From contig NW_026854296.1 in assembly GCF_026571515.1 (NCBI RefSeq), forward strand, positions 124,001 to 188,000: a stretch of 64,000 nucleotides of DNA. Reading direction: 5' to 3'. The translations under genes were made by a program, and so were the position numbers. The notes below the pieces were generated by a model. It was not told where the DNA came from, made no database searches, and saw only the letters and a program-made list of their open reading frames with translations. Positions 39,669 through 51,970 of the stretch are shown here, one piece after another. This DNA is from Ruditapes philippinarum. Taxonomy: Eukaryota. Each line of letters opens with the position of its first letter. Position 1 is the first letter of the stretch.

Positions 39669-39820
39669 ATGTGGAGGCGGAAACTTTCAAAGGTTGGACA
39701 TAAATGCGACAGATTAGATTGTCCACCGACTTTGTCCGACACCCAGAAAGCTGCTATCCGGAATAATTGGCGGATTTTGAAATGCAATGTGGCTAACATT
39801 GGCGTAATTACTTATGTCAG
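39669..39820 (+). CDS. Globin gene 2 (paralog lacking MGC N-terminus), coding exon 1
   Basis: Aligns without gaps to gene 1 from Met8 (MWRRKLSKVGHKCDRLDCPP...). B12.2 donor AG|GTCTGT. The true start is uncertain: ATG 39669, in-frame GTG 39651, or an upstream exon spliced to TTTAG at 39643. Confidence 0.85.
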
Positions 39821-40197
39821 GTCTGTTAAATGTGTTATTTAAAAATATTGAATAATAATATCGAATTATTTAGTAAGTGCGTATTATTAAGTCAATGTTA
39901 TTACAATTGTTGAAATTCAATTTGTTTTGCAACTCTGCTAATTATTATGAATTGTTTTTAAAACCTAAATGCATATTGTAAATGGCAGTTCTAAAATGTG
40001 ATTGATGATAAGATTCACAGTATATTGTACCATTTACTTTATGCATACCAACTTTAATATGATATTACTTAATATTCAGCTGATATGTATATCAAAATGC
40101 TAACGAATACATCTTAACGAAACCTGTCTTTCTCAGTTTCTAGAAAGAATGATAATAGCAAAGTTAAAAGTAGCAAAGTTCTGCAACTTTGCATGCT

Positions 40198-40745
40198 AGA
40201 ATAATATACAATTATTGACTAGTGTGCCATTGAATATGATGTGATATTCACCGGTAGATGACATATTGACTTTCTTTCGGTGAATATCACATCATATTTG
40301 ATGGCACACTAGTCAAGTATTGTTTTATTATATGAATAGCTAGGCTATAAGAATTTTTAAAAAATCACAGAAAGTACAACCTTATGTATACATTTACAAC
40401 TCCCACCTGTTTCGGTCAGGCGTGCAACAGTTACCACAAAGGTAATTCAAGTTTATACTCATCATTGCGGTGTAACCTTTAACTATAAAAGTGAAGTAAT
40501 TATATTTGAATCGAGAAATATTCCATAAAGAACAAAATGCAACAATTATTTTTAATAAGCACGCGTAATTCAACAGGCTACGATATTTGGTCATTGAATA
40601 TGAGTCTCAATCTATTTTTAGACTTGGAAAATCCAATTCAGCCAGTGAATATGATACTTCACCCAGTGAATATGATTCCCTAAAAAGTTCTGTTGACTAC
40701 GGTTTGAACCAATGAAATTGCAGCTATATTTAGATCATATGATAA
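40198..40745. mobile_element. Crypton-like hairpin element in globin 2 intron 1
   Basis: Long inverted repeat TTGACTAGTGTGCCAT..TGATATTCACCG / CGGTGAATATCACATCAT..GGCACACTAGTCAA. The other end reads AACCAATGAAATT...CATATGATAAT. Confidence 0.55.
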
Positions 40746-41169
40746 TTTATTTTAAGATGTATTCAAATTTGGTTACTGAATGGGGGGCTTCAATATTAAA
40801 TTGAATACCTTTAAAGATCCTTTATGTTTTGTGATTGATATTGTTACTGTGTGTATACCACACTTGCAAAAAGTTATATATGTATATAATTATGCAAATA
40901 AAACAATTTTCAAACAGTGAAGAAAATTTAAAATGTGTATTGCAAATATGTGTGCACATTATATTTAATCCATAAATTACATGCATTCATTTCTTATTGG
41001 AAAATTTGACTTAAAATTGATAGAAAATACATTTCTAATTACCTCCCTTTATTTATATGAAATGTTAAATTGGGAAATATCTTTATAAATAATGCTTATG
41101 GGAACTTACAATATTGACAAATCTTAATTTGAGCATCATATTTATGAAATAAAGCCATGAAAAATTGTG

Positions 41170-41742
41170 TTACAGGATCTAGCAGTTTTTTTATAAATGG
41201 ACTTTTATTAATAAAACTGAACTTATTGTTGTAAAAATGAACTATCGATAGTGATATGGCAGCAAGGCAGGTGTGCTCTTATTGAATCAAGAACAAAAAT
41301 GTCAAGGCCTTTATATTTAACGACAAATTTGAAGAAATTAGTGATCTAGCCTTGCTATTGTTTGATCATAACTTTACAAACGCTGTTTTGTAAATATGGC
41401 CACGTGTCTTCGCTGACTTGCAACTTTCTTTATCCTGATAGCGATATGAAAATCATGTAATATTCTGATAGGGATATTTAATTTTGACGTGACGTCATAA
41501 GCGTTATACAAACATAGTGTAAAGATGCCTTATAATGAAAAATGGCTCTTTTCTCACTTTAAATAGTCTTTCTTTTGGGTATTTGATAAAAAATATTAAA
41601 TTCGTGTAAGTTCATTACTGAATTTATTGAACTCGTTGAAAAAAATAATATTATGCTCGCCAGAGGCTCGCATAATATAATTTTATTCGACTCGTGCAAT
41701 AAATTCAGTGTTGAACTTAAACTCATTCAATATCCTCTATAT
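41170..41742. mobile_element. Crypton-like hairpin element in globin 2 intron 1 (left boundary uncertain)
   Basis: Hairpin ~41600-41725 centred on GCTCGCCAGAGGCTCGC. It ends TATCCTCTATAT, the same terminus as the elements ending at 660 and 50886. Confidence 0.55.
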
Positions 41743-41899
41743 CGTAGTAGATAACTTCTTTTAAATTAGCATTATACGATATATCAATACGAATATTGTT
41801 ATATAGATATGTAGTTTCAAATGTTTTTGAATGAACTATTATGTTAAAGAAATCTCTATTAAAGATATCTTCATAATGTATCCTGCATTGGATTTTCAG

Positions 41900-42125
41900 T
41901 ATGTTTGAAAGTAGGCCAGAGCTGATGGACGTATTTTCAAAGTTTAAAGGTCGAAACTTGCTGGAACTGAAACGTGCAGGTTTACTTCGACAACATGCAC
42001 TGAGAGTTATGGCAACAATAGATAAAGTTATAACCCGCCTTGATGAGCCTACTGCTTTGATAACTTTGCTCAAGGAATCTGGGGCACATCACAAACTGTA
42101 CAAAGTGCCACAAGATTATTTACAG
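41900..42125 (+). CDS. Globin gene 2, coding exon 2
   Basis: TTTTCAG acceptor, 226 nt. CD1 Phe, E7 His and F8 His are intact. G7.0 donor CAG|GTATTT. Confidence 0.95.
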
Positions 42126-42508
42126 GTATTTTTTTCTGATTGGGTTGAACGAAAATCCAAATTGAATATGCCTATTAAAAAGGGGAAACTTATACATAGA
42201 AGAATAATATAACGCATCCACTGTCTGATATTTTTAGTAGTTAAGTGCTAAAAATCTAGAAGTCATAAGTAGCCTCGGATCAATAAACATATTTTATTTA
42301 ATGCGTTGGTTCCTAACTTCTTGCTTTATTTTAGCTTATGCAGTTACGCTCTCACACACTTATTATACTCTATTTTTATTTTTCTCCCGGATTTTAATTT
42401 GAAATTCTATAGTGAACAATTCATTGATTTAGATTAAACATGCAACGGAATGTTCATCACAATAATAACAAAACAGTTCAGTCACATTTGTCTTTTTTTT
42501 TGTTCCAG

Positions 42509-42682
42509 ATAATATTACCTCATTTTCTGAATGCAATCAAACCCCATATTGAGGACCATTGGTGTGATGACTTAGAGAACGCTTGGAAAACAATGTTTGA
42601 TATAATAATTTACTACATGAAAGAAGGTTACAAAGAACCGAAACATTGTCATAAAGAGTATATTGTGGAGGAAACGACATAA
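42509..42682 (+). CDS. Globin gene 2, coding exon 3
   Basis: TTTTTTGTTCCAG acceptor, 174 nt to TAA. Nearly identical to gene 1 exon 3. Confidence 0.95.
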   Translation: MILPHFLNAIKPHIEDHWCDDLENAWKTMFDIIIYYMKEGYKEPKHCHKEYIVEETT

Positions 42683-45056
42683 CCTTGTGATGTTTATTAG
42701 AACTGGAAAAAATGTGACATTTTTGCAGTCGTGTTTTAAAATATTAGCAGCCTTATCTGATTTTATTTCTTTATTATCTGTAAATAAGTTTGTGCATTAT
42801 GCCATTTGTTTGCTTTAAACCAGTTTAATGGCTTTGTTAAATATTATTTGATTGTATAAATATATTAAAACAAGCATTCATTACAACATCTTATCTTTTA
42901 ACATATGTCTTCCACAGCTACATAATTGTCTACGTTATGTTATAATTATTAAATGTTCAAACATAGAGATGAGATTAGAAGAAGTAAATCAATGACTGAT
43001 AGAAGGGCTTAAATTGATGTTTTTTCTATTCAGGAAGAAGATGGAAATATTTCCTTTGAAATTTGTATTCATGGGGTATGGATCGTTAACTTGAGTGCAC
43101 AATATCGTTTCATTCCCTCACTCCATTTTCCCCCAGAATAATCATTTTATTGCACAAAATTGGCCGTATGTCAAATGTATTTTAAACTCAAATCGTGCTT
43201 ATGTCGCACCAAAAATATTATATTATATTTTTGTTTAATTCTGCGTATACATGTATTTGTAAATTTAAAACGGCATTATGCACATCCAAGTGTAAATGTT
43301 GTACGGGATTTATTCAAAATACGTTTACAGTTTGTCTGATTTGTTTCTAGACTTAAATGAAAATTCAATTATCTGCGTGGTACACGCTTCGGTTATGCTT
43401 ATTTGATAAAAAGAGTTGGGCAGTATTGTTTCATTTAAGACAATTTTCCAAAATTATATTTTTACATTCTACCTACTGATTTTCATTGAAACTTCATTGA
43501 AAACTTATCAACGGACAACTATTATCGATCTTCTTAACTAAGATGTTTATAAGATCAACAAAGAGAATGTAATTTGATACTTAATCATTTCCTTCTCATT
43601 AAATCCACTGAACAATATTATTGAAAAAAGCAGTAAAATAAGTTATTTCATTTCAGGCGTTTCTATTTCATTAAATATAGTTCTATCAATTTGTTAATTA
43701 TAAAGATCGTAAATAACCGTTAATATGAACATTATGATTGACTTTGAATGACATTATAAAACAAAAACATTCTCAAAAGCAATGTTCAGTTAATTGTTAA
43801 TTGAACATATTTTAGGTCTGAAAATAAACTAATACAAATTAATAAAATATGTATGGTTTTTGGTTATGTTGAGAAATGTTCATATAATTTTTATAGATCT
43901 TGATGTTGATATCAAACTAAATATATCACTAATCTTATTATGTGATCCGAGCAAGATTTAATATTGTATATAATTATATTCCCCATATTTGCAAGGATTA
44001 TGATGGAGTCTAAGTATGAAATAAAAAGAAAATGCAACGAAAACCCAGAGACTAATATGTTTCATTGTTAAACAAGAAATAAAAGAAAATATGGGTTATT
44101 TCCATTTTAATTCTCATCATTAATACTTCAGTGATATAATAAAGGTGAAAGTTGAACTTAAAAATGATAAATGTCATAACAGTTTACATCGCTTCCTATG
44201 CCACGTCCAAAAATTAATGCATTTCGTAAAAATGATGCATAAAAGATATCGTGGTGATATATGTTTTTTTTTTTCAGCCCTTACCATATAAGAAATCAGA
44301 AGATAAAAGGACTGAAATATTATTTATTAAAAAGGAACAGTAAACAAAGAATGATGACGTGGAAATAGAAACAGCGTATTAATAACTTGATAATGATAAC
44401 TCATGTTATGTGCATTATTGTAATTTTACTTTATTGTATTTTTTATCCTTTGGGATCAATGATTCACGCACGTTTAAGTGGTGTTGAAAACTGAGTACTG
44501 CTAAAGCCGGTCCTAGCGGGATGTTGGGGATATTGCCCCATTTTTTTTATCCCTCATGTGCAGATACAATTAAACCGAGTCTGCAATTTTTACGTAATTT
44601 TGCTGTGATTGATGCTTACTAGGGCTCAATCTTTCCCTAGATTTGTATACTGTAAATTTCACAACACACAATCTGGTTTCCTTTTTTCTGATATGTGTAA
44701 GCCAAAATACATTTAGTTATAAAACATTTTATTATTTTAAATTAAACATAATCTAGGAATGCATACATATAGATTTAAACGCTTATTTTCTTGAGCGTTT
44801 CTAAGAAAACGTGTCGACAGGTATGCAAAAATAAAGTTATAAATTACAACTAATATATCAATAGCTTGTTCTGGAACGTTCTTATCATTAGAAATTACGA
44901 TAACAACTCAGCTCCTCCCGTTTCTCTCTTACATCAAGAGATATTTACAAGGTTTAATGAATTTTTTCAAAATAAAGTTTTTCTGTCAATAAAAAAAAAC
45001 ATTTTCAATTTTTAGCTACATAAAACTCGTATATTTCCATGAAAACTTAACTGTTT

Positions 45057-45198
45057 NNNNNNNNNNNNNNNNNNNNNNNNNNNNNNNNNNNNNNNNNNNN
45101 NNNNNNNNNNNNNNNNNNNNNNNNNNNNNNNNNNNNNNNNNNNNNNNNNNNNNNNNNNNNNNNNNNNNNNNNNNNNNNNNNNNNNNNNNNNNNNNNNN
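45057..45198. other. Assembly gap (142 N)
   Basis: Run of N. Confidence 1.
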
Positions 45199-46555
45199 CA
45201 ATGACCAGCATGATTATACTAATAAATCCTTTTAGAAATCCTAAGAAGTACTTTAATTTATAGAGCAAAATCTGTGTTAGACTTTAGCAGGTGCCTACAA
45301 CTCTTCAAATGTTACCATCAAATCTTATCAACTCAATAATTAGGTTATAATTGTCTCCAAGTAATAACGTGCTAACCAGATGACATTTATGGTCATATGC
45401 TCATATTTCTCACTTTTATTTCACTGCTGTACAGAAAATCGATATACAACTTGCTGCCATGTTTTTCCACGTCTAATCACCTGAAAAAAATATTGCAGAC
45501 ATTAAATGTACCATTGATTAAACTGTAACATAAATTGCTTGTTTCTTTTTCTTGATTTTTGTTTATAAATGTGTATATAACTTGAGTAGAGTTTACTATT
45601 ACCATAGAGTCAGAATATAATGATAAATGATTGACAATTTTCAGCACATGTTAACTGACTTAGTTTGCCGATGCATTATTATATGACGCAACAATATTTG
45701 TAAAAGGTACTGTAAAATACAATACTATAATTCTTTATAACGGCAATACTTTATTTTTCACTCACGAAACAAACATTTAATATCGTGATGTTCTTGTGTT
45801 TATGAATGATATGATTCAAAGTGTTTTTTCCCCAAATTTTGTTTCAATGGCATTAATAATCTATTGGTAGAATAAATATTATACGCGTTACATTTATGAT
45901 TGACAACTATACTGATCACAATACTATAATACTTAAGGTGAGTCTGTTTTGTCAGCCATGTTTGTTTTCACTATGTGGGTCCAAAGTGAAAGTAGGCCAA
46001 AATTCATGTAACAACAAAGCTAATATTGTAAAATGATAAACCATTTGAAATTACACTTCCAGGTCTATGTTTTAAGGACTATTACAAACAAAAATAAAAA
46101 TGATAACAATAAGAATATTTACCTTGAGTGTGCTAAATTTCTTAAGACCAAGTACAATCTGTAGCAAAGTTTTACGCAAATTTCATGAATGGGACAATCC
46201 AATTTAAAGTCAGTTTTAGTACAGACAAAGGCTATTTTTTGCTGTGATTTTTATCATTTTATAGCTTTGATATTTTCAAATTGTTGTATACAACTATTAT
46301 GTAAATGAACGACATGCTATAAGACGAAATTCATTCAAACGAGACGTCTCAAGGGCAATGACAACATGATTGATGATGATTGCAGATTCTGTTTACTTTA
46401 GTCAGTTGTACTGAACTGTTTAATGTTACCCAGTGCACGTAAAATAAAACTAATTTAATCAGTATATAGTCAACGCAACAATATACATGATATACATTTG
46501 CATGTCGAATTAATATTCACTGAAGCAATAGTGCAACGGTACAAAAGGTACATGA

Positions 46556-47240
46556 ATATAAGGATCTTACACCGGCTGCCGGTACAGACCGGAATAACTA
46601 GCTCGAGGGTAACTGTTTATGGTGGTATCGAGGCTCTGCTAAACAGTTACCCGAGAGCTTGATATTACTGTCTGTGACGGCAGTCGGAGTTTGAATCTTT
46701 CTCTCTTTTTTGCATATTACAAATTAATGATATTTTGGAACGAAATTTCAAAAGCTAGTATTTGGTGGTGGTGGTGTTAGTAGTTTTCACTCCGGATCAC
46801 GACAGTAAGCCACATTGAATTCACCAAAGCACAGTTCAACCACCGCATCCTTCCTGGGCAGGCTGGCAAGTAGTTTACTAGGACTAGTACCTTCACTTTC
46901 ACAAGGAACTGAAACTTCTGTACATGCCAAAGAAGAGGTACAGTGCAAATGACCGTTGAAAGTATTTCATGATCAATCACAAAGAAAATGACCTGCGCCG
47001 TCCGGGAATCGAACCAGAATCGCCCCAATTCACAGTACAACGCTCTTCCTAGTGAGCTAACCGGACGGTTTATAAAGCTAGTATTTTCATTAGCACTTGT
47101 CTTTTATAGTAGGTAGCGTATGATTTTTGAACTTTATTCATAACGGCAAAATGACTTCATTCTTAGAACAAAAGGCGCGCGGGAATGACGTCATTTAAAA
47201 CACGCGACTTGTCTAACATAGTGGTGTAAACATTATATAA
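46556..47240. mobile_element. Crypton-like hairpin element interrupted by a SINE
   Basis: Starts ATATAAGGATCTTACACCG with an imperfect hairpin (CTCGAGGGTAACTGTTTA / TAAACAGTTACCCGAGAG). Ends near GGTGTAAACATTATATAAT. Confidence 0.5.
46764..47073 (-). mobile_element. tRNA-derived SINE (family 1), full length
   Basis: Minus strand has A box TAGCTCACTAGGAAGAGC, B box GGTTCGATTCC and an (ACC)n tail. 13-bp TSD AAAGCTAGTATTT at 46751-46763 and 47074-47086. The body resembles bivalve Meta-type SINEs (from recollection). Confidence 0.9.
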
Positions 47241-49774
47241 TCGTGCCTAAATATGTTTAACTTTTTGTGCTACAGATAGCAACATTAAAAATGCAACCAG
47301 AGAGGGCGTTCTTTTTTTTCAACTTCAAGTATGCTAAAAAGCATACAGGATTTCTTTTTCTTATTAAATCACCAAAATGGCATAGACAGACTACAATTGG
47401 TACATGATAACACTTCCCAAACTCATGACATATTTTTGAACAACATAAAGTAGTTTTAATTAAATACACCAACTTCTTTTAAATAACGAGCGTGTTTGCG
47501 ATGACAAATACTAAGCGGACCTTTTCCCCTTTTACAAAGATGGAGACAGTCGACTTTTTTTTACCTTTTTCCCAAAGACAACATTTAACGTAATAGTTAC
47601 TGAACTCTTATCATGAAAACAATTTTTTAATGCGGAACTTCTTTTTGTGTATTGTTTACACTATCGTAATTGAACTATCGAAATAGCATCTGTTTTGCCA
47701 TACCAAATAATACATTTGGATTTCTGTTTTCTAACAGAAGCAAATTAAAGTCAAATTGCGAGACATAAACATTAATTAAAGTTTGATTGAACAATGTCTG
47801 CACGCATCCAGCGGTATGCAAATATTTGTATTACAAACACGATTAGATTTGCTTGTAGAATAAATTTATGTTTTTATTAAAAATTCTTTTCCATAGCAGA
47901 CAGACATTTGATTACATAGTATTTATTCATTCAATTCAAAACATTGACTGATATTGATAAACGACGTTCACATTCACCCGCACGCATACACTCACACATT
48001 ACAGCAATAGCATGTAACATTATCAGACGCAGTCCCAAAAGTATGTGAAAAGGTTAAAAATAAACAAACTTGAATTAACCATTAATCATGTATGATTTGA
48101 AGAACAAAGCAAGAAATAAATCAATTGTCTTTCATTCAACAATTTCGGATTTTCATAAAATGTCAATATCTTACATTGTCTGAAAGTTATGTCAATTCAA
48201 AAATAAGGATATCAACCTGATGAATAAGAATTTTGGTTCATACGTTTCTCACTTATGAACATATAATTGCTGCTTTAATAACTGACTTTTTTATCTTTCG
48301 TTGTATCATCTCTTGTTTTGTAACACTACATGATTTTTAATTAATAAATAAAATTATATTAAAAGTGTAATACTTGTTACAGATGTAGATGTTAATGCAT
48401 TAAATTGTTACAGGAAAATTTTATTCAAATAACAATTTGTTTCACGGAATCTATTTATTTGATGCATCCACTGTTTCTGTTGAAAACAATTCTTTGCATC
48501 ATTCAAAATTTGCGTGTTTTATTTCTTCCATCAGGAATTGGTAGCGGTATGTGCATTCCCTTTCTCTTATCTGAAGTGGGAATTATCACAACATACGTTC
48601 CTCGAAAATCAAAGCAAAATATGTTTAAATGAATAATTTTATATTAAGCAATGTAATATGAACGTCATTTTCGAACCTAAAATGCTAGCAATCATAGACA
48701 CTTCTCGGCTTTGGTCGTGTATGTTGTCAGAAGGTTTCATGTTCAAAGGTCGTCCGAAGAGATAATTTAACTTTATATAGAGACTTACATGACAGATATG
48801 ACGCAAATATTGAACTTCTAAACTTACTTATTTTACAAGCATCTGTTTGATCTAGCTCGAACAGCTATTTCGTTTTCCTTCAATTTATAACTTATTAGGC
48901 CTTATGTATAATTCAATTGAAACATTTAATCGTTTAACTACTTTGGCGTTCCTTGTAAGCCATACTTTAAATACTAGTATTGTTACAAAATATGGTCAAG
49001 AACGTAGGATTAACTCATTCTCTCTTTGATTCAACACAAGGAAACATTCCATTGCAGTGCATTGTATATGATATTATATTTGCTAGTGTTGCATCTATAA
49101 ATCATCTACCTAAAACCGGTCGACTTTATGACCATGTTGCTATTTAGCTACTTCAGTTTTATAACTTTATAATTCTTGTTCTCGAACAGTGGTGCTATCA
49201 TAAAAGCATTGCATATGATTAATGATTACAGTAAAGGAAGCAGTCGAGATTTCTATATTAAACATCACCTAACACAAGTTATTTCTACTTCACGTAGCAT
49301 TTCTACGTCGCACTTTATATTGTTACATTTTTATGGATGTTACAAGCACAGAATACATGCAATTTCAATTCTGAAGAAATGAAAGTTGATATTGTTCAAT
49401 CAATATTTCATTCCAGAAGAATGATAATAATAAATATACAATGTACAATGGTCAATCAACATGTAATTAATATCTTCTTAATTTCAAATCAACTTATGCA
49501 ATAACGAAATGCCTCGGAGTTTCCGTTTTATTTTGATATACGACACAATCAACACGAGTTCAACGTTCCATTTTAATATCATATTGTAATTTGATCTTCA
49601 AGAATAAAAGAAAACTGATGGAATTTGAAAAATCGATACAAATATCGCAGTTACTTACAATTGTGCTTAAGACAATTCCTTAACTCAATAAAACATATCC
49701 AGTAGGTGACTCCATTGATGTATCATCATTTTCCGTAATTGCAAAATAAATGAATAAAAAAATCATTTTATACT

Positions 49775-50886
49775 TTTCAGTGGATTACTGATTTATCCGT
49801 AAATTATATTTGATAATTTCACAGTGAAAATTATCAAAAAATAATTTCACACTTTTCAATGACGAAACTACTTTCTTAAGACTTTCCCCATGTGGTACCT
49901 CAATTTTATTTTTGCTGACAATTCTGACAATGTCAGGCTGTTCAGAGAAAAGCAAAGCTGAAATTGATAAATAACTTAAATGTTCAAAAGTAATAAAAAG
50001 AAGAAAACTTACTTCTAATCATTCAAATTACCAATCATCAAATATCGTCTCTTTTTTTTCAATTTTTTTTTTCATTTTTACAGTCTGAAAAATATACTCC
50101 TTCCACATGCAAAACTGCTCTTGAAGACATTTGGGCATCTTTATGTATCCTACGAGCAATAACTGCCGTATGCTTTATGAAAACTTGAAAAGCAATGACA
50201 GCCATAAGCCCGAAGAATAAGTAAACAACCCAGCGTTCGTATGGCAGCCTTTCAACAATTTCAAGTTTTCCAATTTCCTAGCCGCTTTTGAATGTTTACA
50301 CTTATGTCAACACTTATTTATTGTCTGTTGCAATCCTCAAATAAGTTTGCTTTCTTTTAAAAAGGTGTTCCTCTGAATCAAACACAATAATTTTCCTTCC
50401 TTGAAATACACAACTTTTGAAAATGGCGGCCGCTTACATTTAGCGAGGTCATATATAAATTCGCAGTAAGTAACAGAAATATGGATGGATGGTTATACTT
50501 TTTCTTCTACTAGAATTGTTTGTTTTTATTATTAAAACAAGCGATCATTCATAATTTTTAATGAATATTATCACCGCCATTTAACGTTGATTGTCGAACT
50601 TTTTTTTAACCAAAGACTTCTTGTATTTAATGAGAAATTCGACTAAATGAGGCTCTCAATGGGGAAAACAGATTTTAATATTAACGTTAATATCCAGGAA
50701 ATTTCGTTTTAACTTGTTGTAAGCATAAAATAAAATGAAAATTTGTTTGTTTGTTGTGTAAGAATGTAATTTTATTTCATCTCATGAACTTTAAAAACAG
50801 TATTCTCGTGAGAATACTGTTTTTAAAGCCCACTCGATGAAATAAAATTTCATCTTACACACAAACAAACAAATATCCTCTATATA
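49775..50886. mobile_element. Crypton-like non-autonomous element (longer copy of the 1-660 family)
   Basis: Aligns to 1-660. Terminal long hairpin ~50740-50875, and a short palindrome TGATAATTTCACAGTGAAAATTATCA near the other end. Confidence 0.6.
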
Positions 50887-51140
50887 TATGTAAATAAATA
50901 AATGAATAAATAGATAAATAAATAATTATCAATCAATCAATCAATCAAATTGCTTCTCTAAATCAAAATGTCTGTAACAACTGGCGATCTTATCATTTCT
51001 TGGCTTCTTCAACAGGTAAACCAGCGAGGTCGCTATATGACGTATACAATGTCGTTATAAAAAGTAAAATATCTATGCAAGAGAAGGACATTTCCTTAAT
51101 CTACTTCAAAAATGCGAAAACTTATATGGTAAAGAAACTA

Positions 51141-51970
51141 TGTTTTATCATCCAAAAATTCGTCGACTTTCTTTGTTGCGTAAAATATATTTGAGATATT
51201 AGTTTGAAATTCTTACACTGCTTAGAAAAATTAATTACAAATAGACACAGAAAAATTCATGTGAGTGGCTTCTTAAATTACAACAATATTTAATTTTACA
51301 TAAACACATGTCGGCGACAGTGGCGCTCTCCAAAAAGTTATTGACGTCAACATCATACTATTAACGTACAACTTGTGCTTGAACGTTACGCAGTCAATGA
51401 CGGTTACTGCTTCTCAAAGTAATGTCCATCACTAAATTTTTATGCCACTTTAACACTAATGATCGTGAAATTTATATTTTTTCTGTTCGTCTGCTGATTT
51501 TTATCCAATGTTTATGTAGGTGTCATTTCCAAATTACAATAAAAATTTATGATCGTTTATGATCATGCGATTTTCTAATTACCGCGTGTCCGCCATTTTC
51601 CCGTTGTAAACAATAAAGGCGTCTGGCGTTTCTAGCGATATCATGAACAATAAACGGAAATGACGTCCATTATTTTAAAGAATTACTTAAATGACATCAT
51701 AGAAGAAACATGCGATGTTCAGCGGGTTTTCTACGTTAATTTTTTAGTTTTTAGCAAGAAATCTACGATGACTTACTGCGTTTTTCTACCGTGCGCCGGG
51801 TGCCGTGTATGTGCTTATTTAAAAGCAATATAAAATCATTATTTATTTACACAATTAACTGTTCCTTTTAAAATGTGTTGATAATATTCTACAATGTATG
51901 CTTATAAATTTTCATTACAATACACGCTGACGTTCAAGAGAAAGTCCACGAATTTTTGGATAACCCCTCG
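51141..51970. mobile_element. Mariner-derived MITE
   Basis: Right TIR AGAAAGTCCACGAATTTTTGGATAACCCCTCG|TA. Degenerate left TIR ATCCAAAAATTCGTCGACTTTCT. Same CCCCTCG-TA terminus as the mariner at 38307. Confidence 0.7.

Noticed and set aside
45016-45268. ORFs containing X runs
   Set aside because: Artefacts of the N gap.
46990-47073. tRNA gene on the minus strand
   Set aside because: It is the head of a SINE with TSDs and several local copies.
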